Positions 38,281 to 49,008 of a stretch of 64,000 nucleotides of DNA are shown here, piece after piece (position 1 is the first letter of the stretch; each line of letters starts with the position of its first letter). A program made the translations under genes and the position numbers. Source of the stretch: a virus; IMG/VR virus record IMGVR_UViG_3300051212_000701, positions 21,951-85,950 of that record. One strand, 5' to 3'. The notes below the pieces were generated by a model. It made no database searches. It was not told where the DNA came from and saw nothing but the letters and a program-made list of their open reading frames with translations.

Positions 38281-39552
38281 CTAGTTAGTTTGCTCTAAAG
38301 CTGCCACTCTTGCGGATAGCTCTTGTACCGCCTTAATTAATGGTGCAATAAATTCACCATATCTTAATCCTTGTTCTGAATTAGGGTCTGAAGGATCCAT
38401 GAGAATCCATCCAGCAAAATCATTTTGTGTGTGTAAATCTACTGCCTGCTTAACTTCTTGAGAAACAAGTCCGTAGTGATATCTTATGCCTGGTTGTGGC
38501 TCAAATGTTGGCTTACCATTTTCATCTAAAACAGGGTTTCCGTTTTCATCTACAACTTCTTTATTTTGACCAACAATAAATCTATATGATACTGGATGAA
38601 GATCATTTATAAAAGCTAATCCTAGATCTGATGTAGCAATATCTTTTTTCTGTCTTTGATCAGAAGTATTAATTGTTGATACACGGTTATAAATATTATT
38701 CCACTTATAAGTTGATGAGCCAAGATTATATGTAGTGTCTGAGAATGGGAACCAGTTTCCGCATCCAGAAGTTGATGCGCTTCCCATTGATGTAAATCCA
38801 GCTAAAGTTGCTCCTTCTAATGTCCAGCTATACAAAGGATTTGATACAGTTCCCGCTGGACCTGTTGGTCCTGCTGGGCCTTGTGGACCTGTTGGGCCAG
38901 CAACTGTTGAGGCTGCGCCTGCTGGACCTTGTGGTCCTTGAGGGCCTGTTGGTCCTGCTGGGCCTTGTGCTCCAGCAGATCCTGCCGTTCCTTGTGGGCC
39001 TTGTGTACCTTGTGGACCTTGTGGTCCTTGAGGTCCTGTTGGTCCTGTTGGTCCAGCAACTGTTGATGCGGCTCCTGTAGCACCAGTAGCACCAGTGGCA
39101 CCTGTTGGGCCTGCTGGGCCTTGGGGTCCAGCAACTGTTGAGGCTGCGCCTGTAGCGCCAGTAGGGCCTGTTGCTCCTGCTGGGCCTGCTGGGCCTTGGG
39201 GTCCAGCAACTGTTGATGCTGCTCCTTCTGGACCTGTTGATCCTGTTGGACCTGTTGATCCTGTTGGGCCTGCTGGGCCTTGTACGCCTTGTGCGCCTGT
39301 AGCGCCTGTAGGGCCTGTTGGACCCTGTGGTCCAGCAACTGTTGAATCTGCGCCTGTGGCGCCAGTGGCACCTGTTGGTCCAGTTAGTCCCTGTGGGCCT
39401 GTTGCTCCTGCTGGGCCTTGTGCTCCTGTGGCGCCTGTTGGGCCTGCTGGAATTCTAACAAGAGTCCATGCAACTCCATCCCATTTCCAGGTATTGCCTG
39501 CAAATGAGTACTCTTGGTTTAAAGATGGCGATGATGGAAATGTAATTGTCAT
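38281..39552 (-). CDS. collagen-like fibre with C-terminal intramolecular chaperone
   Basis: ~200 aa of G-X-Y (GPT/GAT/GPQ); [24 protein letters not shown]. Confidence 0.88.
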   Translation of the reverse strand: MTITFPSSPSLNQEYSFAGNTWKWDGVAWTLVRIPAGPTGATGAQGPAGATGPQGLTGPTGATGATGADSTVAGPQGPTGPTGATGAQGVQGPAGPTGSTGPTGSTGPEGAASTVAGPQGPAGPAGATGPTGATGAASTVAGPQGPAGPTGATGATGATGAASTVAGPTGPTGPQGPQGPQGTQGPQGTAGSAGAQGPAGPTGPQGPQGPAGAASTVAGPTGPQGPAGPTGPAGTVSNPLYSWTLEGATLAGFTSMGSASTSGCGNWFPFSDTTYNLGSSTYKWNNIYNRVSTINTSDQRQKKDIATSDLGLAFINDLHPVSYRFIVGQNKEVVDENGNPVLDENGKPTFEPQPGIRYHYGLVSQEVKQAVDLHTQNDFAGWILMDPSDPNSEQGLRYGEFIAPLIKAVQELSARVAALEQTN

Positions 39553-39572
39553 GTTTCTCCTGTTCTTCTTTT

Positions 39573-39581
39573 ATTATACCA
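39573..39581 (-). promoter_or_regulatory. extended -10 promoter (TGGTATAAT)
   Basis: In a 29-bp gap upstream of the collagen-chaperone fibre gene. Confidence 0.62.
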
Positions 39582-39881
39582 TTAAGGTATTGATTTTTCC
39601 CATAGCCCAGTGTCTTCATTTAGCACTGAGCCATCTTCTGGGTCTGGATATATAAAAGCATCAATGTCTTCTCTATATATCATACCTGGTTTTGCAAAAT
39701 TTTTTCTTAGAGGTTCTTGATCATAGATATGAACTCCTCCTTTTGTATTATAAGAAGTCTTAATCCATGTACCGCCTAAGTTGTCTATAATCCATTGATA
39801 GCCTTCATCAACATGATCGTTGTTTCCTACTATTACTCTTAAAACAATATTATTTTCATCTATTTCTGCCCAATGTGACAT
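39582..39881 (-). CDS. small acidic partner of glycine-rich protein
   Basis: MSHWAEIDENNIVLRVIV...WIKTSYN...LRKNFA; paralogous N-terminus to 48483..48728. Confidence 0.7.
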   Translation of the reverse strand: MSHWAEIDENNIVLRVIVGNNDHVDEGYQWIIDNLGGTWIKTSYNTKGGVHIYDQEPLRKNFAKPGMIYREDIDAFIYPDPEDGSVLNEDTGLWEKSIP

Positions 39882-39882
39882 A

Positions 39883-40779
39883 TTACACCGCTGACTTTAA
39901 ATATCTAATTATTACAATTCCAGAAGCTCCTGAACCTGCAAAAAAAGCTGATTGTTGATTATATGCATTTGATCCTCCGCCTCCACCACCGCCGCCGCCT
40001 GTGTTTGCTACTGCATCTCCAAACCAACCGTTAGGACCTGAAAAAGAATTACTTGTTCCATCATTTAATGCCCATCCGCCTGCTCCGCCTACTGAAGATC
40101 CACCAGGTGCTGAGTAGGTTGTGCTTACACTTCCACCACCGCCGCCGCCTGCATAATATCCATTATAACCTGTAGAGGTTGCTGTAGCCCATGAAATATA
40201 TGCTTGAGTACCTGGTCCGCCTGCGCCACCATTATTTGATCCTCCACCTGAACCACTACCTGCAGCTCCTCCGCCGCCACCATTTGCACTTGTTGTTCCA
40301 CCACCGCCTGAGCCTCCATTATACCCTTGTGCTGGAACTACTGATGGAACATTTCCTGCGCCTGCGCCCGCAGACACTCCCCAGCTTACTCCACCACCGC
40401 CTGAGCCTCCATTTTTATTTCCATTCCAGTTTCCAGTTCCTCCACCTGCTGCAGAAAATGAATTGAATGATGAAGCTGTATCTTGTCCGCCAACCACTAC
40501 TGGATAAGAATTTGGAGTCAATGTAAATGAAGTACTACGAACTCCTCCTGCGCCGCCACCGCCACCGCCGCCTCCGCCTGAGCCGCCGCCGCCAATTACT
40601 AAAACCTCTACATTTAAATTTGAATTGGATAGAAGAAAAGTATCGCTTGATTTAAATGTTCTGTAATAATATGTAGAGTCAGATGTTAATACGCCACCAG
40701 AAATTTCTGCTTGTTTTTTCCCCCAAGCACCAAAAGCTCTTGATGAAAAGCTTGACCATGCTGTTACTATTGGACTCAT
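39883..40779 (-). CDS. glycine-rich adhesin-like protein
   Basis: [13 protein letters not shown]...NTGGGGGG...[10 protein letters not shown]; start MSPIV at 40779 (ATGA overlap). Confidence 0.8.
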   Translation of the reverse strand: MSPIVTAWSSFSSRAFGAWGKKQAEISGGVLTSDSTYYYRTFKSSDTFLLSNSNLNVEVLVIGGGGSGGGGGGGGGAGGVRSTSFTLTPNSYPVVVGGQDTASSFNSFSAAGGGTGNWNGNKNGGSGGGGVSWGVSAGAGAGNVPSVVPAQGYNGGSGGGGTTSANGGGGGAAGSGSGGGSNNGGAGGPGTQAYISWATATSTGYNGYYAGGGGGGSVSTTYSAPGGSSVGGAGGWALNDGTSNSFSGPNGWFGDAVANTGGGGGGGGGSNAYNQQSAFFAGSGASGIVIIRYLKSAV

Positions 40780-42404
40780 GCAAATTTTACCATTGATGCA
40801 AAAACATAAAAAGAAGCATCTGCTGTTTTTGTAATGGTAAATGAGTATGCATCTACTGAAGATGCATTTCCAGCCGAAGGAGCTGTTCCATTTTGCCATT
40901 TAACTGTTGTACTTGCACCATCAATTGTTAATGATGTCATATATCTTGGCGTAGCATCATTTGTGTTTAAAAATAATATTGTTGCAGATTGTCCTGCTGA
41001 TAAAATTGAATTTAATGTTGTTGTTGAATCACCTCTAACATTTAATATAAAGTTTGAAGTTGATGGAAGAATATAATACATAAAGCTAGAAGTTTTAAAG
41101 TTTATATTTATTGTCCCGCTTGCTCCAGCACTAACGATTGTTGTGGTTTCTGTTGCTGCAGTTAAATTACTATTAGTAGCCAGTACTCCAGTTGCGCCTG
41201 TAGGACCTGTTGGTCCTGTTGGTCCTGGAACTATTGAGTCTGCCCCAGTTGCTCCTGTGGCACCTGTAGCGCCTGTAGGACCTGTTGGTCCCTCTGTGCC
41301 TGTAGGACCTGTAGCACCTGTTGGTCCAACTATTTGTCCTGAAGAAGACCATGAAGATCCGTCCCAAATATAAAGGTCTCCGTCTGCATCTACTATTCTT
41401 GCATCATTAACTGAGTTTCCTGTAAGTGGTAGTGTTGCAATAGTTGGTGCGCTAGCTTTTAGATTTATAGAAAGTCCTTGTGGGCCAGTTGGACCTACTG
41501 GTCCTGTTGGTCCTGTTGGTCCTGCTAAAGAGCCACCAATTTCTACCCAAACAGAATTGTAGTAAATATACTCTCTTCCTGTTGCAGAATTAAACCAACC
41601 TTGTCCTTCATAAGGATTAGATGGAGGATTTTCTGATGTTATAGAAAATGCTCCTGCTGAACCAGTTGAGCCTGTTGCACCTGTTGGACCTGTAGGACCT
41701 GTTGGTCCTGTTGGTCCAGCAACTGTTGAATCTGCGCCTGTGGCGCCAGTAGGTCCTGTTGGTCCTGGAACTATTGAGTCTGCTCCTGTTGGACCTTCTG
41801 GACCAGCAACCCCTGTGGCACCTGTTGGACCAGTTGCTCCAGTTGCTCCTTGTGGACCTTGAATTGTTCCTACATTTTCCCATTGAGAATTAGCCTGAGA
41901 CCAAACGAATAGGGATCCATTAATTAAATATCCGTCACCAACATTTCCTGTAGGGTGTGCAGATTGTAAACTTGATAAAGATGGATAAGAACCTAATATT
42001 GTTACTGCAGTTCCTGTAGCACCTGTTGAGCCTGTTGCTCCTTGTGGACCTTGTGCACCCGTTGCACCTGTTGGTCCAGCAACTGTTGAATCTGCGCCTG
42101 TGGCGCCAGTAGGTCCTGTTGGTCCTGTAGCTCCAGTTGCACCTTGTGGGCCAGGAACTGTTGAATCTGCGCCTGTGGCGCCAGTAGGTCCTGTTGGTCC
42201 TGTAGCTCCAGTTGCACCTTGTGGGCCAGGAACTGTTGATGCTGCACCTGTAGCTCCAGTTGGACCTGTTGGACCTGTTGGACCTGGATGAGCTGTTAAA
42301 TAATCATCAATGTCTTGAGCCAAATAGCCTAAGTCTCTTGGAATGTCAGGTGACATATCCAAGGTTGGATATCTAAAATTCTTAGGCGTTAAATTGCTAG
42401 GCAT
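40776..42404 (-). CDS. collagen-like fibre protein with C-terminal adaptor domain
   Basis: Four G-X-Y tracts separated by ~45-aa knots; C-terminal KWQNGTAP...DAYSFT. Confidence 0.85.
   Translation of the reverse strand: MPSNLTPKNFRYPTLDMSPDIPRDLGYLAQDIDDYLTAHPGPTGPTGPTGATGAASTVPGPQGATGATGPTGPTGATGADSTVPGPQGATGATGPTGPTGATGADSTVAGPTGATGAQGPQGATGSTGATGTAVTILGSYPSLSSLQSAHPTGNVGDGYLINGSLFVWSQANSQWENVGTIQGPQGATGATGPTGATGVAGPEGPTGADSIVPGPTGPTGATGADSTVAGPTGPTGPTGPTGATGSTGSAGAFSITSENPPSNPYEGQGWFNSATGREYIYYNSVWVEIGGSLAGPTGPTGPVGPTGPQGLSINLKASAPTIATLPLTGNSVNDARIVDADGDLYIWDGSSWSSSGQIVGPTGATGPTGTEGPTGPTGATGATGATGADSIVPGPTGPTGPTGATGVLATNSNLTAATETTTIVSAGASGTININFKTSSFMYYILPSTSNFILNVRGDSTTTLNSILSAGQSATILFLNTNDATPRYMTSLTIDGASTTVKWQNGTAPSAGNASSVDAYSFTITKTADASFYVFASMVKFA
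42081..42239. repeat. perfect 75-bp tandem duplication inside collagen gene
   Basis: ttgaatctgcgcctgtggcgccagtagg... starts at 42086 and again at 42161. Confidence 0.85.
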
Positions 42405-42406
42405 TT

Positions 42407-43480
42407 TTAAATTATACCACTTTCACGGTTCTGAGCACTATGATAGAACCCTAAATTATCATGCAATCTTTGGTCATCGCTATTTAACGATACAGCTATT
42501 TCCCCATGCTTTGAGGCATCATCAAAAAACCCTAGATTATAATTTGCTAAGGCTAGTAGGTCGTGTGGCTTCCATCCCCAAGCATCTGACTCACAAAAGT
42601 AGTCAAGGTACTTTTCTTTTATGTTAAGAGCTAGCTCTGAATATTCTTTTACTTTGTTCCAATCTCTTATATCGTAAAAATATTGTGCAAGATCAACATA
42701 AGGCTCTCTTCTTTGTGGGCATTCAGCAATTGCTTGTCTTAACCAGAACTCTTGGTTTATTGGCTCACATTTTGCAATATATCTCATAGACTCACATCTT
42801 TCTGGTTTCCATTGTGACAATGGCAAAGATAAATGTCTTTTGAATTCTTCTGCTGCTTCTTTATACCTAGCATGGAAAAACAATTCTCTTGCGTAATAAT
42901 GTGCACATCTATCACTTGCTGGATCTTCTTTTGCTGCCATTTCTAAAAGTGGAAGATACTGTCCTCTTGATTTATTATTATCTGGAAGATGATATATTTT
43001 TACATTTATTTTTTGTCTTACTTCATCTATTCCATAATAACTAACCGATTCATGAATAGGAAATTTCCATCTATGTCCATTACGAGCATGCATTCTTAAT
43101 GCATCAAACTCTACACCTGGTTGACCTGCTTCTGTTATATGAGTAACAAGTGTATGTATTGGTCTTGTTACATTAGAACCTTCTAATAGTTCTAATTCTG
43201 ATCTCCAGCCTTCAGATAAAACTTCATCCATATCTAAAGATATGCAGTAATCTATATCTGCTGGAATTAAAGATAAAGCCGCATTTCTAGCATCATCAAA
43301 TCGCCAAGGGGATATAGATATTTGGAATACATTAATTCCTAATGACTTTGCTATTTCTGCGGTTTTATCTGTAGAACCAGTATCTGCAATTAAAAGATAG
43401 TCTGCATCTTTTGCTGAATTGTACCATCTTTCAACAAACTGCTCTTCATTCAGAGCAATTGTGTATACTGCTATTTTCAT
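42407..43480 (-). CDS. glycosyltransferase family 2 with C-terminal TPR repeats
   Basis: [27 protein letters not shown] (DxD), IHE, followed by TPR-like helices ([17 protein letters not shown]). Confidence 0.92.
   Translation of the reverse strand: MKIAVYTIALNEEQFVERWYNSAKDADYLLIADTGSTDKTAEIAKSLGINVFQISISPWRFDDARNAALSLIPADIDYCISLDMDEVLSEGWRSELELLEGSNVTRPIHTLVTHITEAGQPGVEFDALRMHARNGHRWKFPIHESVSYYGIDEVRQKINVKIYHLPDNNKSRGQYLPLLEMAAKEDPASDRCAHYYARELFFHARYKEAAEEFKRHLSLPLSQWKPERCESMRYIAKCEPINQEFWLRQAIAECPQRREPYVDLAQYFYDIRDWNKVKEYSELALNIKEKYLDYFCESDAWGWKPHDLLALANYNLGFFDDASKHGEIAVSLNSDDQRLHDNLGFYHSAQNRESGII
42411..42419 (-). promoter_or_regulatory. extended -10 (TGGTATAAT), leaderless start
   Basis: 6 nt upstream of ATG 42404; no Shine-Dalgarno. 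Confidence 0.62.
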
Positions 43481-43508
43481 TTATTTCCCTTATTGTAGGA
43501 TATAATCA

Positions 43509-45893
43509 TTAACCGATTACAGTTATGATTCCGTTCATGCTTGCGTGGAATTGACAAATATAATACAAAGTATTTGGGGCATCTAGTGGTACTGTAAATG
43601 TAATTCCTCCTACATCATCTCCCCCGTTTGTTACACCAGTTGAGTATGTGTTTGCAGAATTATAAGCGCCACTAGTTGTCTGTAGCCAGAATGGGTGTCC
43701 AGCTGCATTTACTGTAAACACATAAGTGTGACCTCTTAATAATGTTAATCCTGGGTTTCCTGAAGTTCCATTTATACTATAACTTCCTCCCGCAGGGCTT
43801 GTTACAATATAGTTGGCTGTAATACTAGGGCCTGTAGGTCCTGTAGGGCCTGTTGGGCCACCTGCTGGTCCAGCTTCTCCTGTAGGACCTGTAGCACCTG
43901 TAATACCTACGCCTGTAGCGCCTGTAGCGCCTGTTGGTCCAGTAGCGCCTGTAGCGCCTGTTGGGCCTGTTGGGCCCTGAATACTTGATCCATTTGCGCC
44001 TGTTGGGCCTGTTGGGCCTGTTGGGCCTGTTGCGCCTACACCAGTAGCGCCAGTAGCGCCAGTAGCGCCTGTTGGGCCCTGAATACTTCCTACGTTAGTC
44101 CATTCTGAGCCTGTCCATACGTACAGCTCTCCATTAACTAAATACGCATCTCCAGTAGATCCTGTTGGATGTGCAGATTGAAGTGCTGCTAGTGTTGGAT
44201 AAGATCCCAAAATTGAAACGCCAGTTCCATCTGCACCTGCAACTCCTGTTGCTCCAGTAGGACCTGTGGCACCTGTTGGGCCTGTTGGGCCAACCGCTGT
44301 TGATGCTGCACCTGTAGCTCCAGTAGGTCCTGTTGATCCTGTAGGTCCTTGTTTTAAAGTAAAGTTTAAAATCAAATCAGTTGATGTTCCAGAATTTAAA
44401 ATTCCAGGAGCACCGTTTGGTCCAGTGTCTGTGACAGTTCCGATTGTTATTGTTGTGGGCCCTGCTGGTCCTGTTGCTCCTGTTGGACCTTGCTTAAGAA
44501 CAAAATCAAGAATTGCTGCATCTAATGCTCCACTATTTGTAACTGTTGCATTTCCTGTTGGGCCTGTAGACGTAACAGTTCCTACGTTTACCGTTGCAAC
44601 TGTTCCTGTAGGACCAGTTGGTCCTGTTGGTCCTTGTTTAAGAACAAAGTCAAGAATTGCATCTTGTGCTGTTCCTACATTAGTTACAGATGGATTTCCT
44701 GTGGGACCAGTTGATGTTGTTGTTCCTACAGCAATAGTTGCTGGGCCAGTTGCTCCTGTTGGGCCCTGAAACTGTCCTGCATCAATCCATGTTGATCCAT
44801 CCCAAACATAAAGATGAAGATCTGTTAATACAATCCAAGAGTCTCCACTTGTATTTCCTGAAGAAGGAAGAGCGGCGACGTTTGCTTGTGTTCCCTTAAT
44901 ATTAATTGATCTTCCAGCTGCTCCTGTTGGGCCAGTTCCTCCTGTGGGTCCTGTTGGACCTGTGTTACCTGTAGCCCCTGTAGGTCCAGCAAATCTTCCG
45001 CCATTTACCCACGCTGTTCCACTCCAAATATAAACTTCGCTTGTATCTTGAACTAAGTATGTTGCTCCCAACGCTCCAGATGCTGGTAAAGCTGCAAGAT
45101 TTGCAACCGTACCCTGTAGAGTAAGAGATTGTCCCGTCGCACCTGTTGGGCCTGTTGCGCCTGTTACTCCAGATGTTCCATTTACTCCTGGTGCGCCTGT
45201 AGGACCAGTTGCTCCAGTTGCTCCTGTAGTTCCTGGATTTCCAACTACTGCAAAAACCCATTCAGACAAGGTTCCTGATCCGTTTTTGGCATCTACGCTT
45301 ACAGATATACTTACATTTTTAACAACTTGAGTAATTATACCTTCTACATAAGTTGTAACATTAAGCGGATTAATTACACGAACTCTTTGTCCTGCTGTGT
45401 ATGCACCACTGTTGTTTACATAAAATACTTTCAATCCATTACTTACTTGAACCGATGTTGTTGATGTAACATCTGAATACCCAGCACCTGTTGCTCCAGT
45501 AGTCCCGCCGCCGCCAGTTCCTCCACTGAGTGTTCCAGACATGTCTACTCCAGATATTGTAAGTGAGAAGCAGTTAGGAGTTGTTGTTACTGCTGCAATA
45601 GATTCTCCTGCAGCTAAAATTAATGAATGCTCTAATCTTAAAGTTGTATTGTTTTGAACATTTACGCTTCCATACAGAGTATATGGGTCTAAGCTAGACC
45701 TGTTTACATTATAAAGATTGATTACTTGATCGCCATTTTCTCCGAGAAGGAATAGGCTGAATGGCAAAGTTGATGAACTAAAATTAGTTACAGTAAATTC
45801 TTTTATAATAATTGGAGATACTGCTGTATATATTTTTGCTGGGAATGAAGGTATTAGTGAGGGTCCAGCAAATCTAATTGGAGCATATGACAT
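43509..45893 (-). CDS. collagen-like fibre with C-terminal cupredoxin (type-1 copper)-like domain
   Basis: G-X-Y tracts with repeated knots; C-terminal GHPF...[12 protein letters not shown]. Confidence 0.82.
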   Translation of the reverse strand: MSYAPIRFAGPSLIPSFPAKIYTAVSPIIIKEFTVTNFSSSTLPFSLFLLGENGDQVINLYNVNRSSLDPYTLYGSVNVQNNTTLRLEHSLILAAGESIAAVTTTPNCFSLTISGVDMSGTLSGGTGGGGTTGATGAGYSDVTSTTSVQVSNGLKVFYVNNSGAYTAGQRVRVINPLNVTTYVEGIITQVVKNVSISVSVDAKNGSGTLSEWVFAVVGNPGTTGATGATGPTGAPGVNGTSGVTGATGPTGATGQSLTLQGTVANLAALPASGALGATYLVQDTSEVYIWSGTAWVNGGRFAGPTGATGNTGPTGPTGGTGPTGAAGRSINIKGTQANVAALPSSGNTSGDSWIVLTDLHLYVWDGSTWIDAGQFQGPTGATGPATIAVGTTTSTGPTGNPSVTNVGTAQDAILDFVLKQGPTGPTGPTGTVATVNVGTVTSTGPTGNATVTNSGALDAAILDFVLKQGPTGATGPAGPTTITIGTVTDTGPNGAPGILNSGTSTDLILNFTLKQGPTGSTGPTGATGAASTAVGPTGPTGATGPTGATGVAGADGTGVSILGSYPTLAALQSAHPTGSTGDAYLVNGELYVWTGSEWTNVGSIQGPTGATGATGATGVGATGPTGPTGPTGANGSSIQGPTGPTGATGATGPTGATGATGVGITGATGPTGEAGPAGGPTGPTGPTGPSITANYIVTSPAGGSYSINGTSGNPGLTLLRGHTYVFTVNAAGHPFWLQTTSGAYNSANTYSTGVTNGGDDVGGITFTVPLDAPNTLYYICQFHASMNGIITVIG

Positions 45894-45907
45894 TAACTAA
45901 ACCTCCC

Positions 45908-46624
45908 CTAGACTATAGACCACTTCGACATTAGATCCTTTTCAACAGTTTCATATTCAGCAAACTGTAAGGCTCTATCGTAAATTAGAAATTCTCCAAT
46001 TTTAAAGTTTCCATAGCTGGAAACATATCTTCCTATTGATTGTCCAGTCATTGAAGCAACTGAGCCGCTAGATACTGCACGAGAAACCTCTACTCTATTT
46101 CTTCTTACTGTTCTTTGGTTGTTTGTAAGATCATAAACCATAGTGTAGATTTCTGTTGTTCCTGCAGATGCTGCAGTAACTATAGAGCCTTGATCATCAT
46201 TATAAAATCCGAATCTATGTGTGTTTGCAGTTAAGTTTCCTGCAAATAAATTTGTTCTTGTTCCAGTATTTGTTCCGCCAAATATCCATGTATTATTATT
46301 TGCTGGCTTAGAAGCAACATAAAAAATTGTAAATGATTTTCCTGCTATATATGCTAAAGTTTGATCAGAAAATGTCATAAAGTCATCTGATCCATCAAAT
46401 TGAAGTGCTCCGAGTCCACCTAAGCCTGTAGGCAAAAACAATGGTTTATTAGATTGCGTTCCTTGAACCATATGTCTTGAAGCTCCTGATTTATCATTCC
46501 ATTGAGAAACAAAATTACTTCCATCTCTAATACATGTTGCTGGTAAGGATGCGTCTAGATGCAAACGAAGACCTACTGTAGTAAATCTTGCTCTACGGAA
46601 ATTTGAACGTTGATTAGGTAGCAA
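45908..46624 (-). CDS. LamG/lectin-like adhesin domain protein
   Basis: LHLDAS, VSQWNDKSG, FDGSDD, IGEFLIYDRAL, LMSKW. Confidence 0.78.
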   Translation of the reverse strand: MLPNQRSNFRRARFTTVGLRLHLDASLPATCIRDGSNFVSQWNDKSGASRHMVQGTQSNKPLFLPTGLGGLGALQFDGSDDFMTFSDQTLAYIAGKSFTIFYVASKPANNNTWIFGGTNTGTRTNLFAGNLTANTHRFGFYNDDQGSIVTAASAGTTEIYTMVYDLTNNQRTVRRNRVEVSRAVSSGSVASMTGQSIGRYVSSYGNFKIGEFLIYDRALQFAEYETVEKDLMSKWSIV

Positions 46625-47068
46625 TTAATTATCTCCTGTTCCGCCGTAAACTACTGGCTTTTCTGGCCATGTTACTTCTGAAATACTTGAATAAGACTTA
46701 AGTAGCTCTAGTTTATCTCTATAATTTTTCCAAGCTTGTTTGTGAGCTGTAGATAAATCTTCTTTTGTGTCAAGGCCTTCTGTTGAAATTAATTCAAATT
46801 CAATATGTGCAAGAAGCTCTTCTTTTTTATCATCTAAAGATAGTGTTTCTTTTCTAACCACATAGACCTTACCACCCTGAATATATGGCTCACAAAAAAC
46901 AAGTCTTTCATTTGCTGAATTAAATTCTATTTTATCTACTACTTCTTTTACATTATTTTCTGCAAGAAAATCTTCGTATTCACCACTAGCTGGAAATGAA
47001 GTAGAAGGAAATAGGATTGCCAGTTCTCCGACATTAACTACTTTATTATTTTCAACTATGGCGTACAT
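46625..47068 (-). CDS. tail fibre assembly chaperone-like protein
   Basis: FPSTSFP; C-terminal AWKNYRDKL...VTWPEKP. Confidence 0.72.
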   Translation of the reverse strand: MYAIVENNKVVNVGELAILFPSTSFPASGEYEDFLAENNVKEVVDKIEFNSANERLVFCEPYIQGGKVYVVRKETLSLDDKKEELLAHIEFELISTEGLDTKEDLSTAHKQAWKNYRDKLELLKSYSSISEVTWPEKPVVYGGTGDN

Positions 47069-47091
47069 GATTCTCCTTTTAAATAAGTTTA

Positions 47092-47529
47092 TTAAACGTA
47101 TAGATCGGCAAATGCATATCCGCCGTATATTGTTGTTCCACCGTCTCTGGTGTAGAAATTAAGAAGTGTTGTGTTTGTTGATAGAAGTGGTGCAACGTTA
47201 GCTGCTCCGCCACCATCCCACTTAATTCCTCCAGGCCATGTGATTGAATAGGAGCCTCCGCTTTTAATTTCTACCTGCCAAAATGCTGCTTTTGCTGTTG
47301 ATGGGAAGTTTGAAAAAACAACTGTTAGATTTCCATTAGCGTTAATTCTAAAAACTCCTGCTGCTGAAAGATCGCAAGTCGCTGTTCCTCCAGCGTTAAT
47401 AGTTCCTTTATCTGAATATTCAACTGGAATGTTGAAGTATGTATATCCCTGTCCATTAATTGGAGCTTGAAGATATGTGTATGTCCACAAAGATGGGGTT
47501 ACAGCTTGTGGGCTCATTGATACTGGCAT
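47092..47529 (-). CDS. fibre adaptor-domain protein
   Basis: ITWPGGIKWDGG..APLLS...FYTRDGGTTIYG; homologous to 56074..56448 and to the C-terminus of 40776..42404. Confidence 0.7.
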   Translation of the reverse strand: MPVSMSPQAVTPSLWTYTYLQAPINGQGYTYFNIPVEYSDKGTINAGGTATCDLSAAGVFRINANGNLTVVFSNFPSTAKAAFWQVEIKSGGSYSITWPGGIKWDGGGAANVAPLLSTNTTLLNFYTRDGGTTIYGGYAFADLYV

Positions 47530-47544
47530 TTTATTCTCCTTGTT

Positions 47545-48480
47545 TTAGCTTGACTTTATGTAATATGTAATTATGCAGATACCTGATCCGCCATTGTTTC
47601 CGCCGCCGCCTCCGCCGCCTGAACCAGTGTTTGCTTGTGCATCTGCTCTAGGGGTTCCAACATAGTCACCGTGACCTTGTCCACCACCGTTTGAACCGCC
47701 TCCGCCTGAACCTCTTCCTGAGCCGCCACCACCGCCTGCAAGACCGTATAGCCCTGCGCCTCCACGTCCGCCGACAGAATGTCTTCCTGAGTCATTAGAA
47801 TTAGCCCAACCTGGACCTCCTCCAGATGATCCTTCTGAAGAGTATCTCGAACCACCGAAGTATCCTGAATATCCTCCACGGTTTGGCCAAACATGACCGT
47901 ATTCTCCAGCTCCGTTAGCTCCGCCGCCGCCTCCGCCTGCGCCCCATGAATTTACCCAGTTTCCTTGTCCGCCTCCGCCTGAGCCTCTTCCTGTAATATT
48001 ATCTGCTCCTGGTCCACATGAACCAGACTGTCCGTCTCCTTGTGTTGAACCTCCACCGTATGCAACCATATAGAATGGCTGACCTGAAGTTCCAAATGTT
48101 GAGTTTCCGCCTTGGTTATTACAACTTCCGCCGTTTGCAATACCGATCTGAATTGATGATCCTGTTGCAATTGATGAAATGTCAAGTTTTCTTCTAAGTA
48201 ATTGTCCAGCTCCACCTCCGCCATGATTTGTTGACCCGTTAGAGCATCCACCGCCGCCGCCTCCGCCTACAAGGATTACGTCTATATATGGAGCACTGTT
48301 TACTGGTCTTGTCCAAACTCCACTACTTAAAATAGATACTTGATATGAATTATAAAATCCTGACAAGTTTGCAGCAATTAAAGGAACAGCAACAGATGTT
48401 GCAAGAGTTGTTGTTGCACTTTGTATTTGTGTATCTAGTCCTGGGACATAAATCTGATTAATTGTTCCGTATGTTGCCAT
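47545..48480 (-). CDS. glycine-rich adhesin-like protein
   Basis: SSGVWTRP..IDVILVGGGGGGG...GGSGICIITY. Confidence 0.8.
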   Translation of the reverse strand: MATYGTINQIYVPGLDTQIQSATTTLATSVAVPLIAANLSGFYNSYQVSILSSGVWTRPVNSAPYIDVILVGGGGGGGCSNGSTNHGGGGAGQLLRRKLDISSIATGSSIQIGIANGGSCNNQGGNSTFGTSGQPFYMVAYGGGSTQGDGQSGSCGPGADNITGRGSGGGGQGNWVNSWGAGGGGGGANGAGEYGHVWPNRGGYSGYFGGSRYSSEGSSGGGPGWANSNDSGRHSVGGRGGAGLYGLAGGGGGSGRGSGGGGSNGGGQGHGDYVGTPRADAQANTGSGGGGGGGNNGGSGICIITYYIKSS

Positions 48481-48482
48481 TA

Positions 48483-48728
48483 TTATTGTACCTCTATTTC
48501 AATGTAATCATCTAAACCTCTGTGCTCAGCTAAAGGTCTTAGATGTTCTGGTGCTATGAATTTTCCTTCTTTAAGCTCCCACATAATTCCTGGCTGTGGG
48601 TTATAATCTGTAATATCAACTCTTTCATACTGAGACCAGTCTGGGTGCTCAGATATAAAATCTTCATCTGCAACAATAACATTTCCTATGATATTGTCTG
48701 GAGTTAGAATTGCCCAAGCTCTTGACAT
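48483..48728 (-). CDS. small acidic partner protein
   Basis: MSRAWAILTPDNIIGNVIVAD...PGIMW...GKFIAP. Confidence 0.7.
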   Translation of the reverse strand: MSRAWAILTPDNIIGNVIVADEDFISEHPDWSQYERVDITDYNPQPGIMWELKEGKFIAPEHLRPLAEHRGLDDYIEIEVQ

Positions 48729-49006
48729 TACTCAGCACCTCCTGCAAGTTCATCTGCAACTGGTTCATCAATTGCAACTAGATGCTCTAGAGTAACTGGT
48801 GGTGCTGAAGGTGGAACATAATGTGTCCACTCTTCTGTTTCGTTATTATATGTTGATTGAGGTCCTGGCTTTGTTTCCCAGTCAGTGTAGTCAAACCAAA
48901 CTTTGTCTTTGTAGTCAGGCATATCATTAATAGCATCTAAACTTCTTACATTTAGAACATTATAGACAGTACCGTCTTCATTTAAAAATACTACATCTCT
49001 AAACAT
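48728..49006 (-). CDS. small acidic partner protein
   Basis: MFRDVVFLNEDGTVYNVL...PGPQSTYN; start at 49006. Confidence 0.65.
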   Translation of the reverse strand: MFRDVVFLNEDGTVYNVLNVRSLDAINDMPDYKDKVWFDYTDWETKPGPQSTYNNETEEWTHYVPPSAPPVTLEHLVAIDEPVADELAGGAE

Positions 49007-49008
49007 AA

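Noticed and set aside
40780-40899. Longer N-termini given in the ORF track (39883..40899; likewise 3248, 8536, 12000, 16721, 20360)
   Set aside because: They overlap upstream genes or regulatory sites. Downstream ATGs give canonical stop/start coupling or shorter overlaps.
38850-45240. Repeats resembling a CRISPR array or DGR template/variable repeats
   Set aside because: The repeats are in-frame collagen coding units with no repeat-spacer structure. No reverse transcriptase and no adenine-specific mismatched repeat pair were seen.
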